Shown one piece after another: positions 1 to 13,672 of a stretch of DNA of 64,000 bases. Each line of letters opens with the position of its first letter. Within the stretch, counting starts at the first letter, position 1. The translations under genes were made by a program, and so were the position numbers. The notes below the pieces were generated by a model. It was not told the DNA's origin. It did not search any database and saw only the letters and a program-made list of their open reading frames with translations. Where the stretch lies: NCBI GenBank assembly GCA_951406725.2, contig OX597826.1, positions 75,764,001 through 75,828,000 of the forward strand, given 5' to 3'. Source of the stretch: Octopus vulgaris. Lineage: Eukaryota.

Positions 1-204
1 TTTGGGGTTATCTTTCAAAAGTCTTCGTTTTGGTGCGCCAAAATACCGAAATAATTCTGCAGAAAATAATTTACTGCAGTGAATTTTGCCGTTTAGAGAA
101 CATAATTATTTAAATTAAAATTAAAATTAATAAGGGTGAAAAACTGAATATTAATTTAATATCAATTTAAAACTAGTGGTCTAGCATATTAAAATCTGGA
201 AAAA

Positions 205-620
<416 letters not shown>

Positions 621-859
621 AAACATGTACCTTTATTGCTATTTGTTTTAGTCGCCTACATAGCTGTGAACAAACGGAAACACCCTTTCACCCAGCGGTA
701 CATTCCTAGTGTGATAGTTGGAGTGAGAGAGCGATGTACCAGGATTTCGCTGACACATCTTCTTTCTAAGATGTATCAGCGAGAGAAATGTGAAAAGAAA
801 AGTCTTCTCTAAGATCTTTATAATGTTTTTCATTTAGACATCAATGTCTTACACGAGCA

Positions 860-1100
860 TAACGGCCGATAATTTAAAGCGAAGGTATATACAGAACATA
901 CACTCCTTCAGGTGCAGTGCTATGGGAAATTTGTACCACCACTCTGTCTGCTTCATCTAGAGGTTCCGCGACCTTCGGAGTGATTTCACCAACATCAGAT
1001 GGAGTGCCCGATATATCACCCTAGCCAAGCTGTCCTATACACAAGGTCAGGGTATTTAATCCCGGCCGCCCGTCTACAGTCCATTCATGTTGATTATCCA
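860..1100 (+). pseudogene. Possible highly degraded Ty3/Gypsy pol remnant (RNase H and integrase pieces)
   Basis: GR*FKAKVYTEHTLL resembles the RNase H motif GRxFxxxTDHKPL; YTRSGYLIPAARLQSIHVD resembles integrase HTxxP..PxARFxxIHxD. Stops and deletions present. Confidence 0.3.
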
Positions 1101-1549
1101 AACTCAGTTTCAACTCAACTCCATAAAATTTGGTTAATTCCACGTAAAAGAATTCTTGCGGTACTCACTACAAGAAACTGATGTCGCTGAGCATACAATA
1201 CTGCAGCCTGCTGCTAAAGTGAAGGAGACTGCTTCCTGCCAACATCCTGTCCGAGCACACGGACAGACCTTAGAATAAAGAAAATAACTGGTGTCGCTTT
1301 CACACCATTCATAGCACGAGACCGGAGTTGATCAATAGCGCCTAACACCTAGAAGCTATCTTGAAATTGTCCCAAGTCGCTCATTTTTCTTATAATATTT
1401 GATGAAATGGACGTGTCCTGCGCGCCCATGTAGCTTGAAGTTATATGAAGATGAGTCAAAGTGATATTAAATATATGTGGCTACACTAAAAATATATATG
1501 TAACAAATTTGTTGAGTGCCACTTACCTTCGCTTGTTCAATCACTCGTA

Positions 1550-1781
1550 TGCAATACATACATACATACATACATACATGCATACATACATACATACATA
1601 CATACATGCATGCATGCATACATACATACATACATACATACATACATACATACATACATACATACATACATACATACATACATACATACATACATTTATG
1701 TATATAATGCTTCGATATTGCACAGTATATCTGGATTTTTTAAAATACCAGATTTCTGGATGCCGGATGAGAGATCTGATA

Positions 1782-1814
<33 letters not shown>

Positions 1815-2010
1815 TGTATGTATGTATGTATGTATGTATGTATGTATGTATGTATGTATGTATGAATGTATGTATGTATGTATGTATGTATGTATGTATG
1901 TATGTATGTATGTATGTATGTATGTATGTATGTATGTATGTATGTATGTATGTATGCTAGTGTGTATGTATGTATGTATGTATGTAGGTAGGTATGTATG
2001 TATGTATGTC
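1550..2010. repeat. (CATA)n and (TATG)n tracts in opposite orientation with ~90-bp spacer
   Basis: Seen directly. Confidence 0.9.
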
Positions 2011-2271
2011 ATTAGTCAGTTTTATTTCACGATCTCTTTATTGACAAGAAATCTTGAAATGAAACTGAATAATCACATACATACATACTTACACACACAG
2101 GAGATACAAATATTACAGGCACTCCCCCACACACACACACTAACTAAACATAGACACACATAGAGGCATACGCATGCGCAAATGAAGACACATACAATAG
2201 GAATACAAAATACAAAATGGCTGACCGTTAGTAAAGAGAGACACACAAATAAGAAAGAAGAAAGCAAAGGA

Positions 2272-2311
2272 CCACTGATGAGGTCACAGGATTGTGACGA
2301 AAGAATTCTGG
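2272..2311 (+). ncRNA. Type-I hammerhead-like motif
   Basis: CCA-CTGATGA-G-GTCAC(aggatt)GTGAC-GAAA-gaat-TC-TGG: intact core, 5-bp stem II, short stem I (CCA/TGG), minimal stem III. Confidence 0.6.
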
Positions 2312-2480
2312 CCGAAATAAGATTAAGATTAATGTAAAAAATAAATAACGCTGAAGCAAATTAACACCAAATATATAGTGCGTGTGTTTTTATTGGCTAA
2401 ACTGGCAAAATGACTATTCTTAAATACAACAATATCTGTTTCAACACACGATTTCGCATCAAAAATCTTGCAAAACAAAT
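2312..2480 (+). mobile_element. Penelope-like pseudo-LTR tail following the hammerhead
   Basis: The same sequence recurs at 7787-8014 and related copies at 14850-15360; it lies directly 3' of a hammerhead core, as in PLE pLTRs. Confidence 0.55.
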
Positions 2481-2590
2481 ATATAAACGTATATATATAT
2501 ATATATATATATTGGTAAAAACGGTAAGATAACAAAAGAAAGAAAGAGATCTCGATATTTTGTAACTAGAGGAATTTTTTCCGATGGCCG

Positions 2591-2651
2591 GATAACTGAA
2601 GAGATGGTGGCGTGGATTTCCACCTCGGCATCCGAACCTCAGAGTTTTATC
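2591..2651 (+). ncRNA. Degenerate type-I hammerhead motif
   Basis: GATAA-CTGAAGA-GATG...CATC-c-GAAc-CTCaGAG-TT-TTATC: stem I GATAA/TTATC, near-palindromic stem III, A15.1 mutated. Confidence 0.6.
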
Positions 2652-2694
2652 TTGGCTACTGAATAATTGTCACATATTATATATATATACATAC

Positions 2695-2745
<51 letters not shown>

Positions 2746-2834
2746 ATCCAAACATGAAAACACAACGCGAGGACGTGGAACAAATATAGTATTATTGGGC
2801 GCTGAGGTGTGTGTGTATTCATGGGAAATGTATC

Positions 2835-2899
<65 letters not shown>

Positions 2900-3502
2900 C
2901 AGAGAGAGAGAGAGAGATGGGGACTCATACTTCACTACATTACATATGTTAGCTCAACTGTGTTTGTAAGCATAAAACATCCCTGTGTTGAATTTCCCGT
3001 CGTAATTCTTATTTGTTTATACATATTTCCGATGGTCGAGACTGCTTCTCGCTATGGAAGATGAACGGAAGTACACGATTGACTGGCCATCTACTGGCAT
3101 CATAGAACGCACAGGGCTTTAATCATAAGTTAGCGGTGGTGGGGGTGGAGAAGAAAGAGACAGTGGTGGTAAAAGCTAGAGAGGGTGCTGGTTGAATAAT
3201 TCGTGGAGTGATATTATCAAGTCAGTTCTTAGAAATTAGAAATGCTACAAGTTTGTAGCGTTGTAAATACGATGCGGGGAAACTGTAGTGTTGGGAAAAT
3301 GAAGCAGTGAACTGTGACGTGTCTTTAATTAGTATCGTGAAATGAACTAACAAGGGAGATAAGATAGGATGTCTTACAATGGCCACAAGTTAGGTACCAA
3401 TTATACGCCCTCTTATACTGAGCGTCAAATCGTTCAACCATTCGTATACTGTCATTCATCTAAGGTTACGGGAAGTAGTCTGGTTTTGTCATCAAATTTA
3501 GT

Positions 3503-3547
3503 CTGTCCGACGAACCAGCGAAACGACGGGAAAACTCTGGGTAACAG
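3503..3547 (+). ncRNA. Hammerhead-like motif with CCGACGA (U4C) core
   Basis: CTGT-CCGACGA-A-CCAG...CGG-GAAA-ACTCTGGGT-A-ACAG: stem I CTGT/ACAG, followed by a pLTR-like tail. Confidence 0.55.
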
Positions 3548-3662
3548 GGAACTGAATCAGCGGAAGTACGTTATTATAATCCTATGGTATCGTCTGCTTT
3601 TCTTCCATTCCTCAAAACTAACGTACGAGTGTTTGTGTGTGCATATATGTATAGGTGCGTAC

Positions 3663-3731
<69 letters not shown>

Positions 3732-3745
3732 AATGTTTAATACAT

Positions 3746-3792
<47 letters not shown>

Positions 3793-4034
3793 GATAGACA
3801 GATACATGCATGCATACATACATACACACATGCGTATGTATATATGTATATATCTGAGATTGTGCGGGTACATATTTCTTGTTACATTGATATGCATGTA
3901 GACGAGCCAATAATTGCTACAACAGCAGTAACTCGACTCTAAAGTCGCGGAAATTGGTGCCAACAATGCAAAACTGTTTTTAGGTAAGAATAACTCATGC
4001 AAGATAAATTATCAGCTATCTGATAACATGCACT

Positions 4035-4077
<43 letters not shown>

Positions 4078-4165
4078 GTACACACACACACGTACACACA
4101 TGAGTACGTATATACATGATATGTGTGTGTAAATGGATGTGAATACGTGTGTGTGTGTGTATATA

Positions 4166-4290
4166 TAAGGTTGCCCCAAAAGTTCGTAGAAAGTCTTGGA
4201 AAATAATGGTCTTTATTTTGAGGAATAATTTTTGTTCTTTTTGTTAGTACTTGGCGAGTAAAAATTCAATTTACGAATTTTTGGGACAAC

Positions 4291-4294
<4 letters not shown>
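4166..4294. mobile_element. Tc1/mariner-type MITE (~130 bp)
   Basis: Terminal inverted repeats taaggttgccccaaaagttcgta / tacgaatttttgggacaacctaa, flanked by TA. Confidence 0.75.
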
Positions 4295-4329
<35 letters not shown>

Positions 4330-4504
4330 TTTACAAAATATTATTTTGTAAAATATTTATAAATTTAACCTTTAAAGATATTTTTTGATATGCTGGCCAT
4401 TGATAAAAATTTTTCTCGAAAAAATTTTATCCTACATTAGTTATATATATATATATATATCCTTAAATCTTTAAAAATGTTTTAGCCCGAAGGCCGCGGC
4501 CATT

Positions 4505-4740
4505 TACTTTTTTATTCTTTTATTTGTTTCAGTCATTTGACTGCGGCCATGCTGGAACACCGCCTTTAGTCGAGCAAATCGCCCCCAGGACTCATTCTTT
4601 GTAAGGCTAGTACTTATTCTATCGGTTTCTTTTGCCGAACCGCTATGTTACGGAGACGTGAACACACCACCATCGGTTGTCAAGCGATGTTGGGGGGGGG
4701 ACAAACACAGACACACAAACAAACACACACACACGCATAT
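4505..4740 (-). mobile_element. SINE family A, 3' half
   Basis: Matches the multi-copy motif tttgtttcagtcatttgactgcggccatgctgg...gtcaagcg. Confidence 0.85.
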
Positions 4741-4741
4741 G

Positions 4742-4792
<51 letters not shown>

Positions 4793-4805
4793 TATGTATA
4801 TACAT

Positions 4806-4855
<50 letters not shown>

Positions 4856-5379
4856 AGGAGAGAAAACAAATTCAAAGGTCGATGTATATAGTCATTCAAT
4901 CCATATCAACGAAATTCTTCATGGTATACAAAGTACATACATTGATATATTCATCTAGATGATATATAAAAATTTCTAAGAATTTACAAATACATACATA
5001 TACACGCAAATCTATAAATATACAAAAATTCATGCACATAAAAATTTATAAACACATAAAAATTCATAAATATAAATATATAAAGACATAAGTCTATAAG
5101 TGTACTTGCCAAATCGGAATGTTCAAATTTGAATCAATGAAGAGGATGTTAAAGCGGATGTAAAATGATTCATAAGGAGTCTGGAACATGTATAAAGTGT
5201 TTGTATAAAGTATTACGTCCGTTTCGAACAGATATAGGTTGCTATAGGCGAGCTAACTCCAACCATAGAAATACTCTATATTTCTCTCATCGGAGTTAAT
5301 AGAATCACAAGGTTAAAACTTTAAAAGAAATAGTGGGTTAAATGATTTAATAAAAATGGAATGTTTGATCGGACCATTC

Positions 5380-6800
5380 TCTTCGGGCATATGAAGTTAA
5401 AAGGCTAAAATGTATTACGACACAATGTATAATATAAAGAGTATTACGACGCTTTGGACAAATGTCAGTCCAAAGAGAACAACAGCAGCAGCAAAACAAA
5501 TATCCATCAGGAAAAAGCAGAAGCAGCCAAAGATGGAGACACAAACAAGAGAGCAAGATGAGGATGGTCATTGGTCCAAGTTTAGCGCAGAGTCAAAAAA
5601 AAAAGTAGAACTCTGTTGCGTCTCGTCGACACTGTTGTGTCCTTTGAACTCACGCTATATGTGCCACTTTACAACGTGGACTTATAAGAAGGTTATAACA
5701 ATACAAATATAAATCAGAAACAACATGTTAACAAACAATATCTCTTCTCAACGACTTCTACGACTGTCTTCACAAATCGCCTGCACACACCACACTGCCC
5801 TTCACTGACAGAGCGCATGCGCCTTCATGCGGTTTAGGACAGCTGACTTGCTATCCCACAGGGGTGTCGGGATTTCACCACAACAAACTCTCAGAAACAA
5901 AAGCCCTAGAGGAAAAGCCCTGCATGTTCTATGTTAACAGGACCTGTTGGCACAGGGACGCTCGTATAGGGATAAGCTGCTGATTTGCTCGTTCTGTATC
6001 CATGTTGAGCGGTTCTTGTTTTGCTCATCTCAAAGCCACGGAGAACTGTCCCCGATGGAACCAAAACTTCCGTCAGGATCACCAAGAGAACAAGACCAAG
6101 TAATAACACACACACACAGCCTCCATCTTGTAAATATGCAGATGTAACATGCACTGCTCTCCAGTAAAAGTAACATCTAGACATAGCATGGACAGTAGCA
6201 GCCGAAATCCGCTCTTTTTTCGGACATGACACCGAGAATTATAAGGCAGCTGACCTGGCTGCATCAATCACTGAGTCAGTGAAGCGCATTCCAGCACTCA
6301 AGACCACCACAAATAGCGAAAGATCCTGAGTGGCCGTCTCTGACGTCTCCACATATGTCAGACCAGCGATGACTACTGACATCCACCTACTCCATAAGTT
6401 ACACCAATGTTCCTGATGAATGCCAGGGTGTCTTGTAATATTCCACCAGCATAAAATCCCATACCTGAGAGATTTAGTTACATGTAATCAAACAATACGC
6501 ATTTCACTGGCCGAAACACGTTTGACCATTGATATGGCAGATGCTAAGATACAGATACCGAAGCATGTTGTATTTCGAACAAATAGGATAGAAAGAACTA
6601 ATGATGGAATGGTGATTGTATATTCGAGAAGATGACAGCCTGAGATCTTACTGTGACACTCAAGTTCGGTTTGTGACACGCTGATAGAACATTAAACAAA
6701 TCAAAATGGTAATATATAACTACATATCGTCTATCAAATGCCCCAAATCGTGGAAACTCATTCAAAGGGAGCCTCAAAACATGGACAGTCTAAATAAGGG
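5380..6800 (+). pseudogene. Degraded LINE 5' part: Cys/His-rich ORF1 pieces and APE endonuclease start
   Basis: 6420-6635 encodes ISLAETRL..DAKIQIPKHVVFRTNRIERTNDGMVIVY, resembling APE xLTETWL..IPGYxxFRxDR..GGGVxxY. The ORF1 assignment is weaker. Confidence 0.55.
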
Positions 6801-6809
6801 AAGCGGCCC

Positions 6810-7100
6810 TCTACCCCAGTATTTTAACATTAAGCAAAGAATATGGTGTTATGCTATGGTGTAATTGAAAAAAAAAAGGCTAATGAAGTTTGTAAAGAAA
6901 TATTAATTGAAATAAGCCATTTACATGAACGCATGATTGAAGGTAATATTGTTTCAGACAGTGAGTATTATGAAGAGGTTGTCATTGTGCCAAGAACTAA
7001 ATTAGGCCATTCTGACTCCACTCGGTCATTCACCCTTATGCAAATACAGCTTTTATTTCGAGCAGCTTTTGTAATGACAATCAATAAGTCTCATTCAATT
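6810..7100 (+). pseudogene. Helitron Rep/Hel Pif1-like helicase C-terminal remnant
   Basis: VVIVPRTKLGHSDSTRSFTLMQIQLLFRAAFVMTINKSH resembles VxIPRIxLxPSD..FxFxRxQFPxRxAFAMTINKSQ. Confidence 0.75.
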
Positions 7101-7229
7101 GTTGAAGCACAAATAGGTTAGCTGGGAAGGACTGTTTTTACTCGGAGAATGTTGTTCGGTGCTGAAAGTATAAGCACAATCTGAAAAAAAACATGTCTGC
7201 ACATTTATTGATTTTTTTATTTATTTATT

Positions 7230-7460
7230 CTTTTTTCTTTTGTTTCAGTCATTTGACTGCGGCCACGCTGGAGCACCGCCTTTAGTCGAACAAAACGACC
7301 CTAGCACTTATTCTTTGTTAGCCTAGTACTTATTCTATCGTCCGCTTTTGCCGAACCGCTAAGTTACGGGGACGTAAACACACCAGCATCGAGGGTCAAG
7401 CGATGATGGGAGGACAAACACATACACACAAAAACATATACATACACACACATATATATG

Positions 7461-7524
<64 letters not shown>

Positions 7525-7680
7525 TGAGGAGCTTCTTTCAGTTTCCTCTACCAAATCCACTCACAAGGCTTTGGTAGGTCCGAGTTTATAGTAGAAGACA
7601 CTTGCCCAATGTGCCACGCAGTGAGACTGAACCCGGAACCATGTGGTTGATAAGCAAGTTATTTACCACACAGCCGCTAC
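7230..7680 (-). mobile_element. SINE family A, near full length (tRNA-like head, internal microsatellite)
   Basis: Minus-strand head ggctgtgtggtaa...gggttcagtc; multi-copy in the window. Confidence 0.9.
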
Positions 7681-7786
7681 TTTGCTTTTTTTCCCATGTC
7701 ATTTGAATACATAATTCAGATAAATTTTTACATCCTAATATACTTTAGTATTTTGTCGTATTTTCCTATTTTCTTAATCAACATCT

Positions 7787-8014
7787 GTTGTGCAAGATTT
7801 TTTATGTGAAGTCGTGTGTTGAAACAGATATTGTTATATTTCGGAATGGTCACATTGCCAGTTTAGCCAATAAAAACACACGCACTATATATTTGGTGTT
7901 ATAAGATTAAGATTAATGTAAAAATAAATAACACTGAAGCAAAATAACACCAAATATATAGTGCGTGTGTTTTTATTGGCTAAACTGGCAATATGACCAT
8001 TCCGAAATATAACA
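7787..8014. mobile_element. Penelope-like pLTR fragment with inverted duplication
   Basis: Arms ~7832-7901 and ~7945-8014 are near-perfect reverse complements; same family as 2312-2480. Confidence 0.7.
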
Positions 8015-8089
8015 TTAATCAACATCATTAATAATTAATCACCAGCATTAACAAGAATTACTACTGACCAAAATTTTATCGGCCAAAAA

Positions 8090-8500
8090 ACATCCGAAGT
8101 TGTTGCAATTGGACACACCATCAATGTTGTTTCTTAGGTACACTGAGCGTTTCAGATCTTACAGCATGCACCCCCATCCTGAAGACCCAACTAAGGTTAA
8201 TCAAGCCGAGGCCTGTCTCCACAATGCATTCTCCTGACCACACTGGTTACTTCTTTTCAGCCAGAACCATCCAGACGCTTTCTCAGCAGCCTCAACGTTC
8301 TGCTTGATGGCTCTTCTGCCCATTTCTCTAATGCGCTCAGATCCTTAGTCTTTATTCAAACCCTCAGCTGCCATCTTCCACTAACAAATACTTTGTACTC
8401 CAGACATTCTTGCGGCAATCCTCCACCATGTCTTGGTCTCTAGCTCACTTCCTTCCTTGTGTCTCCTCTCTTCTCTCCTCGCAGGACACAGTTTTCACCG
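8090..8500 (-). pseudogene. Hero-type RLE non-LTR retrotransposon 3' remnant
   Basis: Minus-strand pieces QDMVEDCRKNVW..LVEDGS*GF and RRAIKQNVEAAEKASGWFWLKR resemble the Hero-clade C-terminus. Confidence 0.6.
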
Positions 8501-8514
8501 ATAGTATTGGCTAC

Positions 8515-8700
8515 CTTGGCGTGGCTGTGTGATAAAAAACAAAACTTGCTTCTGAACCACGTGATTTCGGGTTCAGTCCCACGGCGTGGCGCTTTGGGTG
8601 TCTCTGATTATAGCCACGGGCCGACTAAAATCTTGTAAATCGATTTGGTAGGCGGAAACTGGAAGAAACCTGCAGCGCGCGCGCGTGTGTGCGCGTGTGT

Positions 8701-8769
<69 letters not shown>

Positions 8770-8985
8770 CGCGCACGTCTATCTTTCTACTTTTTGTGTC
8801 CCCTCCCCCAGCGTTGGTATGTTTACGTCCCCGTAACTTAGCGATTCGGCAATAGAAAAAAAATAATAGAATAAGTACGAGACTTAGAAAGATAGTAACT
8901 ACTGGGGTCAATTTGTTCGACTAAACCCTTCAAGGCGGTGCCCCAGCATGGCCACAGTCCAGTGACAAAATCAAGTAAAAGACAA
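8515..8985 (+). mobile_element. SINE family A
   Basis: Head, internal (TG)n and conserved 3' end gcggtgccccagcatggccacagtc. Confidence 0.85.
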
Positions 8986-9582
8986 ACAATAGTAGTCAGT
9001 AAAGAACTCCTGCCAAGAACAGCTGATGCTTTCAGAAGTTCACATGATTCTTCTCTAATTAGTTCCATTTCTTTTTGAAGTAATTTGAAAGAAACTTACG
9101 AAGACTTTAGACTAATGCATGCAAGATTTCCCAGCTCCAACATCACTTTTTCACACTCGGCCAATGAGCTTTTCAGCCCACCCTCGTAGAAAGCTGATTT
9201 TTAGCAGATTAAGCGCCAACATAAAGCCCCTCTTGATGACGTGTTTAACCTCTGATTTTAGTGACTGACATCTTTTCACACTAAACCTAATTATTTACCA
9301 TTAGTATGTTTTAATAAAGCCGGTCTTACGGAGGCTCCGTTGCTGTAGCTCTATCTATCTGTGTCATCTCTCTTTTAATTGCACTGCCGATTAATTATCT
9401 ATTTATTTATCACGCTATATGTGGGATTTTTGAGTTGCTTCTTAATTAAGTATTTGCTTCTAACCTGATGTTTCTTTTGTTTACTAATTTCTTTCCTGTA
9501 AAGCCAGGCTAATTTTTTAATTCCACCTTTCTACGCCTCTCCAGCCCATTCTACTTTCTACTTTTCTATACGGTAAATAGGC

Positions 9583-9653
<71 letters not shown>

Positions 9654-9711
9654 CACGGTGAGATAGATAGATATAATGTTTTCAGACCTTTCAAAGACAC
9701 TTCTATGATTT

Positions 9712-10298
<587 letters not shown>

Positions 10299-10907
10299 CC
10301 AATGTTTATTTAAATTCTCAAAATATTTTAATTCTTCATCTTCATCATTGCTGCTTTGCATTAGAAGGCGGAGTCGGGGTTTTTGTCTCTGGACCAAGAA
10401 TTTGTTTTGATTCGTTTTTAATAAAGCATTAATGAATAAAAACATTTTTTTTTTGTAAATTTTAAAAAAAAAACTGTGGCGGTATTTATATTGCACGTGA
10501 AACTAGAAAAACATTAATTATAATTGCAAATTACATAATAACGATAAGCGTAAGTAATGATTTAGTCTGGGAATCTAAAGAAGATGTTTAAAGATGGCGG
10601 TTATTTCTTTTAAATTTGATGCATATTTTTGACGAGTTTGGCTACTTTTTGAAAAGTTTGTGTTCCTTGTTAATGCCGATATATCTCGTTGTTATTGTTT
10701 GTGTCTGTTTTTTTGTTATTGTAGTATGGGATCTATTGGGTTGGCAACTAAGTTTTTTAGATTTTGGAATTTATTGCGTTTTTAAATTTTGGAATCTATT
10801 GTTTTCGAGAATTCTATTTTTGAATCATTTTGGAATCTATTTTGTATTTTTTTTTTTTTTTTGCTAGTTAATTTTAGTTAATTTTTGTTTATTTTCAGAA
10901 CATTAAA

Positions 10908-11625
10908 ATGGAATGTCAAGTTAAGAAAAATGAGCATTTTCGATACCTCCTTCTTTTTGCTTTTAATCAAGGTTCTAAGGCTGCAAAAGCTGCTCGCGAC
11001 ATTTGTGCCGTGTATGGAGAGGGTGCCATAGGTGAAAGAACCACTCGTGATTGGTATGCCAAGTTCAATAATGGAAACTTTGACCTCAAAGACGCACCTC
11101 GTTCTGGCCGTCTAGTTGAGTTCGATGAAAATTGATTAAACCAACTTTTACACGAGATTTCTCGTCAAACGACAAGGGAACTGGCAGAGAAAATGGAATG
11201 CTCCCACACTGCTATAGAGAAGCATCTTCACTCGATGGGAAAGGTTCAGAAGTATGGAGCACAATCTCCGCTGGTTTGCTTGCTCGTCACCGTTCAACTC
11301 ATGAACACAAGCAATGATTTCTTTACCGAATCGTTACTGGCGACGAAAAATGGTGCCTGTACATCAATATGAGGCAGCGTAAGGAATGGCTTATCCCCAG
11401 TAAACAAGCGACACCGCGCGTGAAACAAGCTCTTAATTTGCGTAAAACGATGTTGTGCGTATGGTGGGACTGGGAAGGGGTTATCCATTATGAATTGCTT
11501 AAACGGAACCAAACGGTCAACGCGGAACTCAAAGTTCATCAGATGGAACAACTCAACACGGCTATTCAAGAGAAAAGACCTAATCATCAGCATGGAGTTC
11601 TTCTGCTGCACGACAACGCCCGCCC
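10908..11625 (+). pseudogene. Mariner transposase pseudogene (disrupted, 3'-truncated)
   Basis: HTH region to PRSGR, then IVTGDEKW, MLCVWWDWEGVIHYELL and LLHDNARP. The WVPHxL region is deleted, in-frame stops occur, and YSPDL/third Asp are missing. Confidence 0.92.
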
Positions 11626-11651
11626 TGATATCGGGATCGATTTGTTTGTGT

Positions 11652-12530
11652 GAAAGATGAAACTTTCACACAAAATTGTAGATACTAAAGTTTCTTTTTA
11701 ATTTTCTAAAGATGTTCGTTTGTATGTCCGATCAGAAAAGACTGTACTGTTTTTGCAATAAAAAGGATGCTTACATTTTCGAATACCCAGGGAGAAAGGA
11801 AAGGTAAGAAAAGGAGGGTAAAATTCAGTCTAATGACTGAAACAAACAAAAAACAAAAAGATAAATCATAGAAGTATCTTTGAAAGGTTTGAAAACATTA
11901 TTTGTTCGACTAAAGGCAGTGCTCCAGCAATGCCGCAGTCAAATGACTGAAACAAGTAAAAGAATAAAAGAGTAAATCGTTGAATTTTTGAATTTCTGAT
12001 TTTTAAAAACTTTTTCTTTTCTTTTTATAAGATTTACAGTTTTTGTAATTATGCAGTTTATATATATTGGCAGGTACTTACCTCGTTTATTATTTTTACT
12101 TTTATTAATAGTAAAAATTGCGTTGTTTCAATAAAAGGCATGTTTACATATTCGGGTAGTCAGGGAGAAAAGAAAGATGAAACTTTCACACAAAATGGTA
12201 GGTACTAAAGTTTCTTTTTAATTTTCTAAAGATGTTCGTTTGTATGTCCGATCAGAAAAGACTGTACTGTTTTTGCAATAAAAAGGATGCTTACATTTTC
12301 GAATACCCAGGGAGAAAGGAAAGGTGAGAAAAGGAGGGTAAAATTTTCACCGAAAATTGTAGATATTAAAGTTTTAAAATTCACTAAAGATTATCTTTTG
12401 TATGTCCGAACAGAGAAAACTGTAGCGTTCTTAGAATAAAAAGGATGTTAACATTTTCGAATACCCAGGGAGAAAGGAAAGGATAGGAATTCACAGACGT
12501 TGTAGATATTAAAATTTTTAAAGATGATCG
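11652..12530 (+). repeat. ~174-bp near-identical direct repeat (11652-11825 / 12172-12345) plus diverged tandem units
   Basis: Compared by eye; only a few mismatches between the two main copies. Confidence 0.9.
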
Positions 12531-12540
12531 TTGTGTGTTG

Positions 12541-12604
<64 letters not shown>

Positions 12605-13151
12605 CATTATTATTATTATACCCCTTAGGCATAGCGACGCTAATAATTTTGGTTTTAGAACCGAATATACTTATGCTTCAGAACAAAGCGTCAGTTGATT
12701 ACAGGGCAATAATAGGGAACGAAAATGACAAAAGAAAAGAAATTATGTCATGGACTTCGTCAGCTTACCGTTTTTTCTGAGAAACACTGACATGAACCGT
12801 GCTCAGCATTTATAGGTAGTGCCTAGATGAGTGAGGACCTAATCATTTTCTGATGCAATACTGAGACAAGATGCAACTCGAGAATTTGAAAATGTTCCAC
12901 TTTCAAACAATACAATAAGTCAACGTACTGATTTCAAGTCACATGAAAACTGAAGAGGTTTGTTTTTCTATGTGAGGGAATGGGTGTTATTTTATTATTT
13001 ATTATTTATTTTTTGTCATAAACTGAAAACTGATGGTATTTTTTATTCTTTACAGGTTTATGAGTCAACAGACCTTAAGAATGAATGTCACGTTGTAGCT
13101 TTTATAAGATTTGTCAATCAGGGTGAAATTCAAGTAACCTTTTCTTCTCCA

Positions 13152-13212
<61 letters not shown>

Positions 13213-13220
13213 TTAATAAT

Positions 13221-13410
13221 AAATATTCAGACAAATACATAACAAAACTACCAGGATTTACAAATATATATAACATGCAGAAAAATGCACTACTGGGCAC
13301 TGCAAACATCCTACGCAAAACACTTTCAATACAGTAACCATTAGAGCACCACAACAAACCACAGCACATACCCAAGGCACACAGAGCTGTGCTCGGTAGA
13401 GAAGTGAAAG
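13221..13410 (+). mobile_element. R4/Dong-type non-LTR 3' end inside a (TAA)n tract
   Basis: MQKNALLGTANILRKTLSIQ* resembles the RLE C-terminal QKxxLLGTAxILR motif; preceded by (TAA)n. Confidence 0.75.
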
Positions 13411-13551
13411 AATGAAAGGCAAAGTCGACATCTGCAGAATTTGAACTAAGAACGTAAAGAACTGGAAAAGTGCTGCTAAGTATTCTGTCCGAAGTGCTAC
13501 CCAACGCCTTTAATAATAATAATAATAATAGTAATAGCAATAATAATAATG

Positions 13552-13654
<103 letters not shown>

Positions 13655-13672
13655 TAATAATAATAATAATAA

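Noticed and set aside
1550-2010. Opposed (CATA)n/(TATG)n tracts as a functional hairpin element
   Set aside because: Expected by chance given the abundance of this tetranucleotide repeat in both orientations.
5210-5298. Minus-strand CCGATGA...GAAACGGACGTA hammerhead-like motif
   Set aside because: Stem II and III are plausible but there is no stem I partner, so it is not listed as a feature.
11652-12530. Spaced direct repeats resembling a CRISPR-like array
   Set aside because: Units are ~170 bp and irregular, in a eukaryotic context with no cas genes.
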